Notes under the pieces: model-generated
Told to the model about the DNA's origin: nothing
Database searches by the model: none
What the model saw: only the letters and a program-made list of their open reading frames with translations
Program-made: the position numbers and the translations under genes
IMG/VR virus record: IMGVR_UViG_2671180842_000001
Strand: one strand, 5' to 3'
From: an uncultured virus (IMG/VR IMGVR_UViG_2671180842_000001)
Lineage: Duplodnaviria > Heunggongvirae > Uroviricota > Caudoviricetes
Length of the DNA stretch: 20,737 nucleotides
In this document: one piece after another, positions 9,242 to 18,020 of the stretch
How the letters are laid out: each line of letters starts with the position of its first letter
Position numbering within the stretch: the first letter of the stretch is position 1

Positions 9242-10286
9242 TAGTCAAACTTATGATGTCATTAAAAATAGAACTCTATCAAATATAGATTTAGATATCT
9301 ATAAGGGTGAGGGTTCTTTTTTAAGTGATATGGTATCTCCAATCAGTACAGAACTCGCAAAATTCTATATAGAACTTTCATATCTTCATAAAAAAGCTTT
9401 TATTGAAGATAATTTTGATGATTTTCTTGATAAACGGGTAAATGAATTTGGAGTATACAGAAAACTAGGAACAGAAGCTACAGGAGAAGTGGTATTCGAG
9501 GGAAAAGCTGGAACAGTTATACCAAATGGAACAATTATATCTTACAATGAGTTATTATTCGTAGTAATTAAAGATATAGTAATTAGTTCGGAAATCGAAC
9601 AAAATACAAGCCCCGTACAGGCTTTAGAAATTGGAATTAGATATAATATACCTGCAAGTACTGAATTTAAGCTACAAGACGAAATAAACGGTATAAGTAA
9701 AATATATAATAATTTAGACTTTAAAGGTGGTACAGAAATAGAAACAGACGAAGAATTAAAAGAGAGATTCTATAAAATCCAAAGAAATCAAGCTACAAGT
9801 GGAAATAAAGCTCACTATGAAGAATGGGCTTTAGAAGTTGAAGGAGTATATAACGCTAAAATCTATCCGAGATGGGATGGTCCAGGGACGGTAAAGGTAT
9901 TAATATTTGGAGAAAATAATCAAGCTGTTGACACAGAAGTAATTGAAAGATGCAAAGAACATATTGAGGAAGAAATGCCAATAGGTCCTGCGTTAACCGT
10001 TTTAACTCCAAGCGTTTTAGATATAAGTATAAGTGCATCTATAAAATTAGAAGCGGGATATACATTAGATTTTGTAAAAGAAAGCTTCTTAGAGAGTATT
10101 AATAGTTATTTAATAAATGTTAATAAAGAAATAATTTACACTAAAGTAAGTGCAATACTTGCGTCTATTGAGGGTATACATGACTTTAGCAATTTACTGT
10201 TAAATAACAAAGCTGAAAATATAGTATTTGAAGAAGACAAAGTTCCAAGTGTTACGACCCTAGAGTTTAGTGAGGTGGTAGTTTAA
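9234..10286 (+). CDS. Baseplate J/gp47-family protein (XkdT-like)
   Basis: 350 aa; 'GGTEIETDEELKER', 'SGNKAHYEEWALEVEGV', 'PRWDGPGTVKV'. Confidence 0.92.
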   Translation: MYSSQTYDVIKNRTLSNIDLDIYKGEGSFLSDMVSPISTELAKFYIELSYLHKKAFIEDNFDDFLDKRVNEFGVYRKLGTEATGEVVFEGKAGTVIPNGTIISYNELLFVVIKDIVISSEIEQNTSPVQALEIGIRYNIPASTEFKLQDEINGISKIYNNLDFKGGTEIETDEELKERFYKIQRNQATSGNKAHYEEWALEVEGVYNAKIYPRWDGPGTVKVLIFGENNQAVDTEVIERCKEHIEEEMPIGPALTVLTPSVLDISISASIKLEAGYTLDFVKESFLESINSYLINVNKEIIYTKVSAILASIEGIHDFSNLLLNNKAENIVFEEDKVPSVTTLEFSEVVV

Positions 10287-10894
10287 TGAAATTAATTGAT
10301 AAGCTACCTTCTTTTTACAACAATAATGTTACTAGTAAAATACAAGAAGCTTATGACATAGAACTAGAAACACTTAGAGAAACTTATGACGATACTTTTG
10401 ACCAGTTCTTTGTAGATACAGCCACTTGGGGATTGGATTATTGGGAAAATATTTTATCTATTAAAAATAGATTTGATTTAAATATAGAAGATAGAAGAAG
10501 TAATATAAAAGCAAAAATGAGAGGTAAGGGTACAACTACGATAGAAGTTATAAAAGCTATATCAGAAGCCTACACAAAGACTAATGTTGATGTAGAAGTT
10601 TTTAGCAATCTATTTAGTTTTACACTTAGTTTTATAACAAATGATTGTAGTTATAACACTATTTTAGAGTTAGACAAGAAAATAGAAGAAATAAAACCTG
10701 CGCATTTAGAACATAAATTTGAGAGAGTTTTATTTGATAAAAGTAGACTTTACGCAGGTGCGACGATTAGTGCAGGGGAAACAGTTACAATATATCCTTA
10801 TGTACCTAGAGATTTAGAAAGTTTTGGAGAAATAGCTATTTGCAGTGGAAATGATAGAGCGCTAGAAAAAGTAACATTGTATCCTAAAAAATAG
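10286..10894 (+). CDS. Baseplate wedge protein (XkdU/YmfQ/DUF2313-like)
   Basis: 'QFFVDTATWGLDYWE', 'EDRRSNIKAKMRG.GTTT', 'IKPAHL'. Confidence 0.85.
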   Translation: MKLIDKLPSFYNNNVTSKIQEAYDIELETLRETYDDTFDQFFVDTATWGLDYWENILSIKNRFDLNIEDRRSNIKAKMRGKGTTTIEVIKAISEAYTKTNVDVEVFSNLFSFTLSFITNDCSYNTILELDKKIEEIKPAHLEHKFERVLFDKSRLYAGATISAGETVTIYPYVPRDLESFGEIAICSGNDRALEKVTLYPKK

Positions 10895-10910
10895 AAATGA
10901 GGTGATAAAA

Positions 10911-11690
10911 TTGGCAGAACAACAATATTTTACTCTAGTAACTGACATTGGTAAGGCAGCAATAGCAAATGCAAGTGTTACAGGTGAAAAAGTAGATTTT
11001 GCAAAGATAAAAGTTGGAGATGGAGGAGGGAGTTCTTATACTCCAAATGAGAGTCAAACAGCACTAAAAAATGTAGTTTGGGAAAGCACACTTGAACATG
11101 CACAAGGAGATAAAGATAATCCTAACTGGGTAGTAATACAAAAATTCATACCTGGTGATGTTGGAGGATTTGAAATAAGAGAAGTTGGTCTATTTGATTC
11201 TAAAGACCAATTATTAGCGGTTTCTAGTTACCCAACAACATATAAACCTAAAGCAGATTCGGGGACTGTAAAAGAACTATTAATAAAAGTAATATTAGTT
11301 GTATCTAATGTGGCTAATATTAATCTAAAGGTAGACCCTACTGTTATACTTGCCACATTAAAAGATTTACAGGACCTAGACTCTAAAATTGATACAAACA
11401 AAACGGAATTAACAAGCAACATAGAAACTGCTAAAACAGAGTTGAACAACAAAATAGGGGATACAACACAACTTACTACAATAGATAAAACAAATATAGT
11501 TAGTGCCTTAAATGAGGTAAAAGCTAGTGTAGATAGTATAGAAACAACAGCAGAGAAAACAAGCTATAATAATGCAACAAGTAATCTTATTGCTACGAAT
11601 GTGCAAGGGGCGATTGATGAAGTTGTTAGAAAAATAGAAAATTTTAATGAGGTTAATATATCTATACAAAATGATATGTTACCTATTTAA
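10911..11690 (+). CDS. Tail fibre/collar protein
   Basis: 'YFTLVTDIGKAAIANA', 'VGGFEIREVGLFD', 'YPTTYKP', 'LKVDPTVILAT' N-terminal collar domain followed by coiled coil. TTG10911 is the start correctly spaced from RBS GAGGTG. Confidence 0.85.
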   Translation: MAEQQYFTLVTDIGKAAIANASVTGEKVDFAKIKVGDGGGSSYTPNESQTALKNVVWESTLEHAQGDKDNPNWVVIQKFIPGDVGGFEIREVGLFDSKDQLLAVSSYPTTYKPKADSGTVKELLIKVILVVSNVANINLKVDPTVILATLKDLQDLDSKIDTNKTELTSNIETAKTELNNKIGDTTQLTTIDKTNIVSALNEVKASVDSIETTAEKTSYNNATSNLIATNVQGAIDEVVRKIENFNEVNISIQNDMLPI

Positions 11691-11706
11691 GATAGGAGAG
11701 TGAAAA

Positions 11707-13433
11707 ATGGCTATAGTTTATGAATTTAATTATACAGGTGCTGAACAAAGTGTAGTGTTGCCACCTGGTAAATATAAGTTTGAATGTTTTGGTGCTTGTG
11801 GTGGTAATTATTATGATTTTGTACAGTGTGCAAAAGGTGGCTATACTGCTGGTTCTTTAATATTGAAAGAAAATACTACATTACATGTTTACGTTGGGCA
11901 AAGTGGTTATTGTAAAGGTGTTAATGGTATTGAGACTTGTAGAAGTGGTTTTAATGGTGCGGGTGGTATAACCACTTATAAAAGTACTTCTGATGGTTAT
12001 TATAGTCTTGCAGGTGGTGGAGCTACTGATATTAGACTTATTGGTGGTAACTGGGATAATTTACAAAGTTTGCTATCTCGCATAATTGTTGCAGGTGGTG
12101 GTGGTGGTGGAAGCGGAAATTCACATGATAGTATTGGTCATGGTGGTGGTACAAAAGGTAAAGATGGTATTTCTATAGCAAATAAATATTTTGCAGGCGG
12201 TGGAAGCCAATTTCAAGGCGGTTTAACTTTTAATAGTCTTTATAATGGTTCTTTTGGTGTAAGCGGTGCTGGAGATGGCATTAGTGGTGTTGGTGGCGGT
12301 GGTGGTTGGTATTGTGGTGCAGGTAGTTTTTATGCTGAATTTGGTGGTGGTGGAAGTGGATATATTCTAACAAAAGATAGTTATAAGCCAGCAAATTATA
12401 GTCCATCTTCTAAATATTATTTTAGCGATATAAATAGCGTTGTAGGTGGAAATACTACGAAACAAGATGGTTATGCTAAAATAACATTACTACAAGCATT
12501 GCCATTTTTAACTATATCCTCATATAACTCAACCACAGCAACATTTAAAGCTGACCACACAGACCCAACATTGTTAACTAAAATAGAATATTTTATAGAT
12601 GATGTACTAAAAGAAACTATAACAACAGATTTAACCCTTGAAAAAACAATTAACTATACATTAGAAGATAATGCACTACACACACTTAAAATAGTTGTTA
12701 CAGACAGTGCTAATGCTACAGCAGAAAAAAATGTAAGTATAAGCAAAGGAATTGCACCTCTCCCTGCTGGTTCTACAACAGATGAAGTTACAAGTAAATG
12801 GATAGAAATTAAAGATGCATTTAAAAGTGGCAAAACAAGTATTATAAACACTTTAGCATTAAAAAATATAGAAGCAAGTTTAAACAATACATTAGTAGAG
12901 TTATCAGAGAAAATTAAAACTTCTTTTGATAGTTCGGACGCTAGTGTGCAGGATTTGATGAACCAGCTAACACAAGCTAATAATACTATAAGTCAGTTAA
13001 ATACAAAATATAAAGTTGCATCAGGACGTACCAGTGCATTAACAGACACAATATCGACTGCTTATTTGTATGTTAATAGCCAGTCTAATCCTAATTATCC
13101 AATAAACCCAGGAGGGTGGATTAATATTGAAGGATTAAATTTTATTCCAAATATCTTTTTTGCTGAATGCGAGTGTACAGCTAATAGCCCAACACAATTT
13201 TATAAATACTTAGTCTTTGCCACCTATTCAATCCCATCGCTTTCTGATAAAGATTTTGTAATTACAACCGCTCTTCGAAAAACAAATTCAGATACCAAAT
13301 TACAGCTGATAGTCAGGTTTATATAAATAATAGAGGTAATACTTATATAAATAATCAAGGTGTCTATGTTCCTGCTTATAGACCTTCTGTGTCTTATACT
13401 TTGTACAATTGGTATGCTATAAAATTCATATAA
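11707..13433 (+). CDS. Glycine-rich receptor-binding/tail fibre protein, with 1-nt deletion frameshift near 13300
   Basis: 'FNYTGAEQSV.LPPGKYKFECFGACGG', 'GGGATDIRL', 'SRIIVAGGGGG', Ig-like region and coiled coil. The listed ORF stops at 13326, but a shifted frame continues TADSQVYINNRGNTY...LYNWYAIKFI-TAA(13433), ending at the next gene's RBS. Confidence 0.8.
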
Positions 13434-13446
13434 AAGAGGTGATAAA

Positions 13447-13740
13447 ATGGATAGAGCAAATAGAATTATATGTGACCAAACCGGGAAAATATTACTCCAA
13501 ACTGGAGAAGCAACAGGGGATATATTAGAACATGATGAAATAACGGAATTACATTTTGTTGATATTCCGTATGGAAGTATAGACTATACAAGAAATAGAA
13601 TTATAGGTATAAATATAGAAACAAAAGAACCAATTTTAGAGGAAATACCAACATTTATTTCAGATGAAGAAAAGAGAATACAAGAGTTAGAAAATCAAAT
13701 TTTATTAAATGAAAATGAGAAAGTAGGAGGAATTTTATAA
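13447..13740 (+). CDS. Small tail-fibre-associated protein (putative chaperone)
   Basis: 97 aa, RBS GAGGTG, C-terminal 'EEKRIQELENQIL' coiled coil; typical position after clostridial RBP genes. Confidence 0.6.
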   Translation: MDRANRIICDQTGKILLQTGEATGDILEHDEITELHFVDIPYGSIDYTRNRIIGINIETKEPILEEIPTFISDEEKRIQELENQILLNENEKVGGIL

Positions 13741-13922
13741 TGAATATAAATAATGTTGTAGTAAGAATATTAGCAGAGAGAATATTAAATAAGGGATTAA
13801 ATCCTCTAAAAAATAGAGTATTTGAACTTGATGATGTTACTAACACAGAGTACAGGATGGCAGTTGAAAACTACATTATAGAGCATAGTGGAGTGGTAGA
13901 AGGAGCAGAACCTGCAAAATAG
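13740..13922 (+). CDS. Small conserved phage protein following tail-fibre chaperone
   Basis: 60 aa, RBS AGGAGG, TAATG coupling. Confidence 0.6.
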   Translation: MNINNVVVRILAERILNKGLNPLKNRVFELDDVTNTEYRMAVENYIIEHSGVVEGAEPAK

Positions 13923-13932
13923 GTTCTTTTTT
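13907..13932 (+). terminator. Intrinsic terminator-like hairpin between tail and lysis modules
   Basis: AGAACCT-gcaaaat-AGGTTCT followed by T5. Confidence 0.55.
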
Positions 13933-13956
13933 AATATCAAAAATTAGGAGGCTTAC

Positions 13957-14187
13957 ATGAACGAAGAAGTTATAAAAGAAAAAATAAAACGAAATGAAAT
14001 AATGATAAACAGACACAATGATGAAATAGACGAATTAAAGATAGCAAATATAGAGTCTAAAGCAGAGTTAAAAGCACTATGTGAGAATTTAAATTCCCTT
14101 ACCAGCATGTTAAAGTGGCTAATTGGAACTATGATTACAACACTGATAGGATTCTTTATATTTGCAATACAAAAAGGAATATTTTAA
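13957..14187 (+). CDS. XhlA-like membrane protein (lysis accessory)
   Basis: 76 aa; coiled coil followed by one C-terminal TM helix 'LKWLIGTMITTLIGFFIFAI'; directly before the holin. Confidence 0.75.
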   Translation: MNEEVIKEKIKRNEIMINRHNDEIDELKIANIESKAELKALCENLNSLTSMLKWLIGTMITTLIGFFIFAIQKGIF

Positions 14188-14206
14188 ATTAGGAGGAAAA
14201 TAAAAG

Positions 14207-14464
14207 ATGGATAATTTAATAAGTTTTATACCCGAGCAGTTGCTAATTTTAGTAGCTGCTCTCTCTATTATAGGTAAAGGTTGCAAAAAATATAAACAAT
14301 TAGACAATAAATACATTCCAATTATATTACTTGTGTTGGGAATCGGATTTTCTATTTGGATGCTAGGGTTTAGTCCTAACGCAGTACTGCAAGGTGTAAT
14401 TTGTTGGGGTATATCAATAGGTATAAATCAAACTTACAAACAACTAAAGGAGGAAAATAAATAA
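14207..14464 (+). CDS. Phage holin
   Basis: 85 aa with hydrophobic helices, 'NKYIPIILLVLGI', 'NQTYKQ' basic tail; coupled to the endolysin. Confidence 0.88.
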   Translation: MDNLISFIPEQLLILVAALSIIGKGCKKYKQLDNKYIPIILLVLGIGFSIWMLGFSPNAVLQGVICWGISIGINQTYKQLKEENK

Positions 14465-15261
14465 TGAAAATAGCAATAGTACCAGGACACACTTTAAGTG
14501 GAAAAGGAACAGGAGCAACTGGGTATATAGATGAAGGAAAAGAAAATAGAATACTAACTGATTTAATAGTAAAATGGTTGAAACAAGGTGGAGCTACTGT
14601 ATATACTGGAAAGGTAGATAAGTCCAATAACTATTTAGCAGAACAATGTCAAATAGCCAATAGGCAAAATGTAGATGTGGCCATACAAATACATTTTAAT
14701 GCAGACCATACAACCTTGAACAAAATGGGTACAGAGACAATTTACAAAACTAATAATGGCAAAGTGTATGCAGATAGGGTAAATACTAAATTAGCAACTG
14801 TATTCAAAAACAGAGGTGCAAAATCGGATGTAAGAGGTCTTTACTGGCTTAGTCATACAAAAGCTCCAGCAATATTAATAGAAGTGTGCTTCGTAGATAG
14901 CAAAGCAGATACAGATTATTATATCAGACATAAAGACATAGTTGCTAAATTAATAGCAGAAGGTATATTAAATAAAAATATAAATAATGAGGGAGTTAAA
15001 CAGATGTACAAACATACAATTGTTTATGATGGAGAAGTTGATAAGATACTTGCGAATGTGCTTAGTTGGGGCTATAGTCCAAGCAAAGTTTTAGTTTGTG
15101 ATATAAAAGATTACGTACCAGGTCAGACGGAAAATTTATATGTTGTAGGAGGTGGCGCATGTGAAAAGATAAGTTCTATTACTAAAGAAAAATTTATTAT
15201 GATAAAAGGTAATGATAGATTTGATACACTTTATAAAGCATTGGATTTTATTAATAGATAG
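14464..15261 (+). CDS. Endolysin, N-acetylmuramoyl-L-alanine amidase (Amidase_3) with CD27L-like cell-wall-binding domain
   Basis: Zn ligands in 'PGH', 'E..EN', 'QIHFNA' and catalytic 'ILIEVCFVD'. The C-terminal 'MYKHTIVYDGEVDK...GNDRFDTLYKALDFINR' resembles the CD27L C-terminal domain as I recall it. Confidence 0.93.
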   Translation: MKIAIVPGHTLSGKGTGATGYIDEGKENRILTDLIVKWLKQGGATVYTGKVDKSNNYLAEQCQIANRQNVDVAIQIHFNADHTTLNKMGTETIYKTNNGKVYADRVNTKLATVFKNRGAKSDVRGLYWLSHTKAPAILIEVCFVDSKADTDYYIRHKDIVAKLIAEGILNKNINNEGVKQMYKHTIVYDGEVDKILANVLSWGYSPSKVLVCDIKDYVPGQTENLYVVGGGACEKISSITKEKFIMIKGNDRFDTLYKALDFINR

Positions 15262-15292
15262 ATAAAAGTTATCAACTAGAAGTGGTTGTTTG

Positions 15293-15321
15293 TTGTGATA
15301 ACTCTATTATTGTAATATAAT
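15293..15321 (+). promoter_or_regulatory. Sigma-A-like promoter of moron gene
   Basis: TTGTGA(15293-15298)-17 nt-TATAAT(15316-15321). Confidence 0.6.
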
Positions 15322-15356
15322 GTAAATATATTATTGTGATAATGGAGGATTTATGT

Positions 15357-15704
15357 ATGGATGCATTGGTTTATGAGAGATTTGTAAGAGCAGCTTTTAG
15401 TATTAAACTTAATAACTTGATTAATAGAAGCGAAGATTTAGGTGGATTGGCTGAAGCTGATATCTTTAGAGCAGCAAATAATTTACATGAATTAAATGAG
15501 ATAAAAATAGGTACTGGGTATGCTATTGCAATATTTAATAATGAGATATTAGAGTCTTGTAATGTTTCTGATAATGATAGCAATAGAATGATTGAACTAT
15601 TTGATAGAAGTTTAATTGCAACTTCTAGGGAGGAAATATTGGATATTATAAGAGAATATGAAACTTATAGAGGACGATATCTTACTTTTAATTGGAAGAG
15701 ATAG
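15357..15704 (+). CDS. Hypothetical accessory (moron) protein, 115 aa
   Basis: GGAGG at 15344-15348 lies 8 nt before ATG15357. Helical acidic protein with no recognised motif. Confidence 0.7.
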   Translation: MDALVYERFVRAAFSIKLNNLINRSEDLGGLAEADIFRAANNLHELNEIKIGTGYAIAIFNNEILESCNVSDNDSNRMIELFDRSLIATSREEILDIIREYETYRGRYLTFNWKR

Positions 15705-15717
15705 AATGTTTAAGTTA

Positions 15718-15752
15718 GGAAGTAGTAATTATAGTTAGTTATTACTTTCTTT
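15718..15752 (+). terminator. Possible terminator hairpin
   Basis: GGAAGTAGTAATTA-tagt-TAGTTATTACTTTC (14 bp with G-U pairs) followed by TTTC. Confidence 0.45.
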
Positions 15753-15869
15753 CACATATTTTTATTATTTCAATAAGATTATTTCCAAATAATAATTTAT
15801 TCAATGATAATAAGTAGAAAATAAAATTTTGAATCAATATAAAATTTAATGAAATGAGGTAGTAAAATC

Positions 15870-16388
15870 ATGGATAAAAAAATAGACATAGCGAAGTTTA
15901 TAGTAAATAGAATTGATTACTATATTGAAAAATCAGATAATAAAGCTAGTTTTTTACTATTATTAAATAGCGCAATTATAGGTTTTTTATTTTCAGGGAA
16001 GGAAAAAATAATGAATCACTTAAGTATAAGTAATATCAGATGTTTAGAGATGCTATTTTACATTGTTATATTATGTATATTTGTTATTTCAATTTATTTT
16101 TCGATTATGGTTTTAAAGCCAAGGAATTCTAAAATAGAAAATGAATATAAATCTATTTTTTATTATAAAGAGATAGCATCTTTAAATAATGAACAGTACA
16201 AAGAAGCATTTGAAAATGCATTTAAAGACGAAGAAAACTTGATTAATGATGCACTTGTTCAAATAAAAGAATTATCTTTAATCTGTGATAAGAAAATGTA
16301 TAATGTAAAAAAGTCAGTAGAAGCTTTTATTTTAGGTGGTATTATATTGTTTATATATATACTTGTAGTAGTTTTTAATGCTATTTAG
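15870..16388 (+). CDS. Pycsar transmembrane effector-like protein (PycTM/DUF5706 family)
   Basis: 172 aa. 'YIEKSDNKASFLL' + TM1, TM2 ending 'VLKPR', 'SIFYYKEIA', 'QIKELSLICDKKM' + C-terminal TM3: the motif order of this family. RBS GAGGT. Confidence 0.8.
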   Translation: MDKKIDIAKFIVNRIDYYIEKSDNKASFLLLLNSAIIGFLFSGKEKIMNHLSISNIRCLEMLFYIVILCIFVISIYFSIMVLKPRNSKIENEYKSIFYYKEIASLNNEQYKEAFENAFKDEENLINDALVQIKELSLICDKKMYNVKKSVEAFILGGIILFIYILVVVFNAI

Positions 16389-16405
16389 AAAATGTTTTAT
16401 TTGGT

Positions 16406-16450
16406 TAGTATTCCTCTATGAAGATAGAATCAAATCATAGAAGAATACTA
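16406..16450. terminator. Inverted repeat between convergent genes (putative bidirectional terminator)
   Basis: TAGTATTCCTCTATGA-13 nt-TCATAGAAGAATACTA, 15/16 complementary. Confidence 0.6.
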
Positions 16451-16451
16451 T

Positions 16452-18020
16452 TTACATATTTGTAGATTCTTGTAATTGATTTTCATTTAATTTTTTAAAT
16501 GCTAGTTTTAAAGTTTCTTTAAAATCAGGTACTGTGTTTTCATTAAAATCTTCAAGTTCATCCTCTCCTATCCATGCAAGTTCATTATGTTTTGATGTGG
16601 GTTCAAATTTAGAAATATCATAATCATTTATTATTTCTGCGAGAGTTATAATGCCTTTGTGTAAACCATCACTTTTTTTAACTTGATAAATTGCTAGAGG
16701 TATAGGTTGGCAATCATCTTTTCTTGTGCAATCAGTAATAGGTTCAATGTTTATATTAAAATCTTTTTCATATTCATCTTTAATAGTATTTATAATTGAA
16801 GTTTCTAGACTTGCCTTAGCACAACCAAATTCCCATTTACTCGCATTATTATTTCTATTATCACTTCTTTTCGCAATTAATATTTTTGAAGTTGATTTAT
16901 TATAACAAACCGCAACACAGTGTAATTCCATTAAATCTACTTTTATATAGTCTTTATCTATTGTATTTTTATCATAACTGGGGTTTGTTTTAGAAATTAC
17001 GTCACCTATTTTTTCAATCTTATCACTAAGGTTTCTGTCTATAAGTATTTTATCCAAAGCCTTGTCTACAGAATTAAACATAAAAGAATCAATTAGTAAT
17101 TTACTTTCTCCTTTTTTATTAAAAAAATATTCTCGAACCAATTCATTTTCTTCTATTTCATCAAAAGAAAAACTATCATCAAATTCTATATCATTATTTT
17201 TTCCTTTATTATGATACCAAATGATAGGGTATAGTTTATCTTTCCAGATACCCTTTAATTTTTTATATGTAATTATATGTAATTTAGATAAAATATCAGT
17301 TTTTCTTGATAATATATAAGCTAGTTCAAAACTAAGAACAAGTCTTTCTGGGCATGTTTGCTTTGATATTCTGAAACCAGCATCAATATCATTTCCTAAG
17401 AACTCAAATATTTTATAATTATTGGATAAATCGTACATAGCAGAAATATTTTCATATTGTTCATTATTTTCTAAAGCATTAAAATTAGGATTTCTTGATA
17501 CTATAGCAATCCAGGCCGCTCCTTTTAATGAAATAATATTTTGAAGTTTCATTAAGTATTTTTCAGATTCAGAAAATCCTTCTAGTGTAGAGAATATATT
17601 ACCACTTTTTATATCTTTAGCAGTGCTTGTTAAAATATCAAAGATTATATCTATGTATTTATAAATTTCATCATAATTTTTTAGTACGATAATGAAAATT
17701 ACCTCATCACCAAGAACTCTCCAAAGTTGTGCTTTAAGGTTTTCATAAACTCTATATTGTAACTTACGAATTATATGTGATAATACCTTAGCCCATCCGC
17801 TATAATTTATATTTTTATATAATGATGAATTAGCTATATCAAAAGAAAAGAACAAAATCACTTCTGGATGATTAGGTTCTTTTTCTTTTTCATAAATATC
17901 AGTATTAATATTTTCTTGAAGTTTTTCCTTATACTTTTTAAGATTAAAAGCGTTTTCGTTTTTAGCTGAATTATGAACATTATTTACATTTTGAGTTTTA
18001 TATTCTTTATCATCTACCAT
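16452..18020 (-). CDS. Divergent class III nucleotidyl cyclase-like domain fused to C-terminal Nudix-like domain
   Basis: Numbering from the 528-aa ORF: 'LFFSFD67IANSS', 'WRVLGD111EVIF', 'FLGNDID219AGFR223', 'LVLSFE', 'KLKG'; then 'HCVAVC..KILIAKRS..KWEFGC..KDEYEKDF..HNELAWI'. Start is ATG18020 (overlaps the peptidase stop) or ATG18038. Confidence 0.7.
   Translation of the reverse strand: MVDDKEYKTQNVNNVHNSAKNENAFNLKKYKEKLQENINTDIYEKEKEPNHPEVILFFSFDIANSSLYKNINYSGWAKVLSHIIRKLQYRVYENLKAQLWRVLGDEVIFIIVLKNYDEIYKYIDIIFDILTSTAKDIKSGNIFSTLEGFSESEKYLMKLQNIISLKGAAWIAIVSRNPNFNALENNEQYENISAMYDLSNNYKIFEFLGNDIDAGFRISKQTCPERLVLSFELAYILSRKTDILSKLHIITYKKLKGIWKDKLYPIIWYHNKGKNNDIEFDDSFSFDEIEENELVREYFFNKKGESKLLIDSFMFNSVDKALDKILIDRNLSDKIEKIGDVISKTNPSYDKNTIDKDYIKVDLMELHCVAVCYNKSTSKILIAKRSDNRNNNASKWEFGCAKASLETSIINTIKDEYEKDFNINIEPITDCTRKDDCQPIPLAIYQVKKSDGLHKGIITLAEIINDYDISKFEPTSKHNELAWIGEDELEDFNENTVPDFKETLKLAFKKLNENQLQESTNM

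Noticed and set aside
11707..13433. Diversity-generating retroelement or invertible tail-fibre cassette
   Set aside because: No reverse transcriptase, recombinase, template repeat or duplicated RBP C-terminus visible in the window; the GGT repeats simply encode glycine runs.
2173..13922. Diffocin/R-type tailocin locus
   Set aside because: Capsid and head-tail joining genes lie directly upstream, so this is a phage or prophage, although the tail module is related.
5..15583. Numerous minus-strand and alternate-frame ORFs overlapping plus-strand genes (e.g. 5-274, 1352-1660, 2649-2912, 3717-4073, 4860-5252, 5328-5636, 5406-5867, 15371-15583)
   Set aside because: They are shadows of well-supported genes, with no recognisable motifs.
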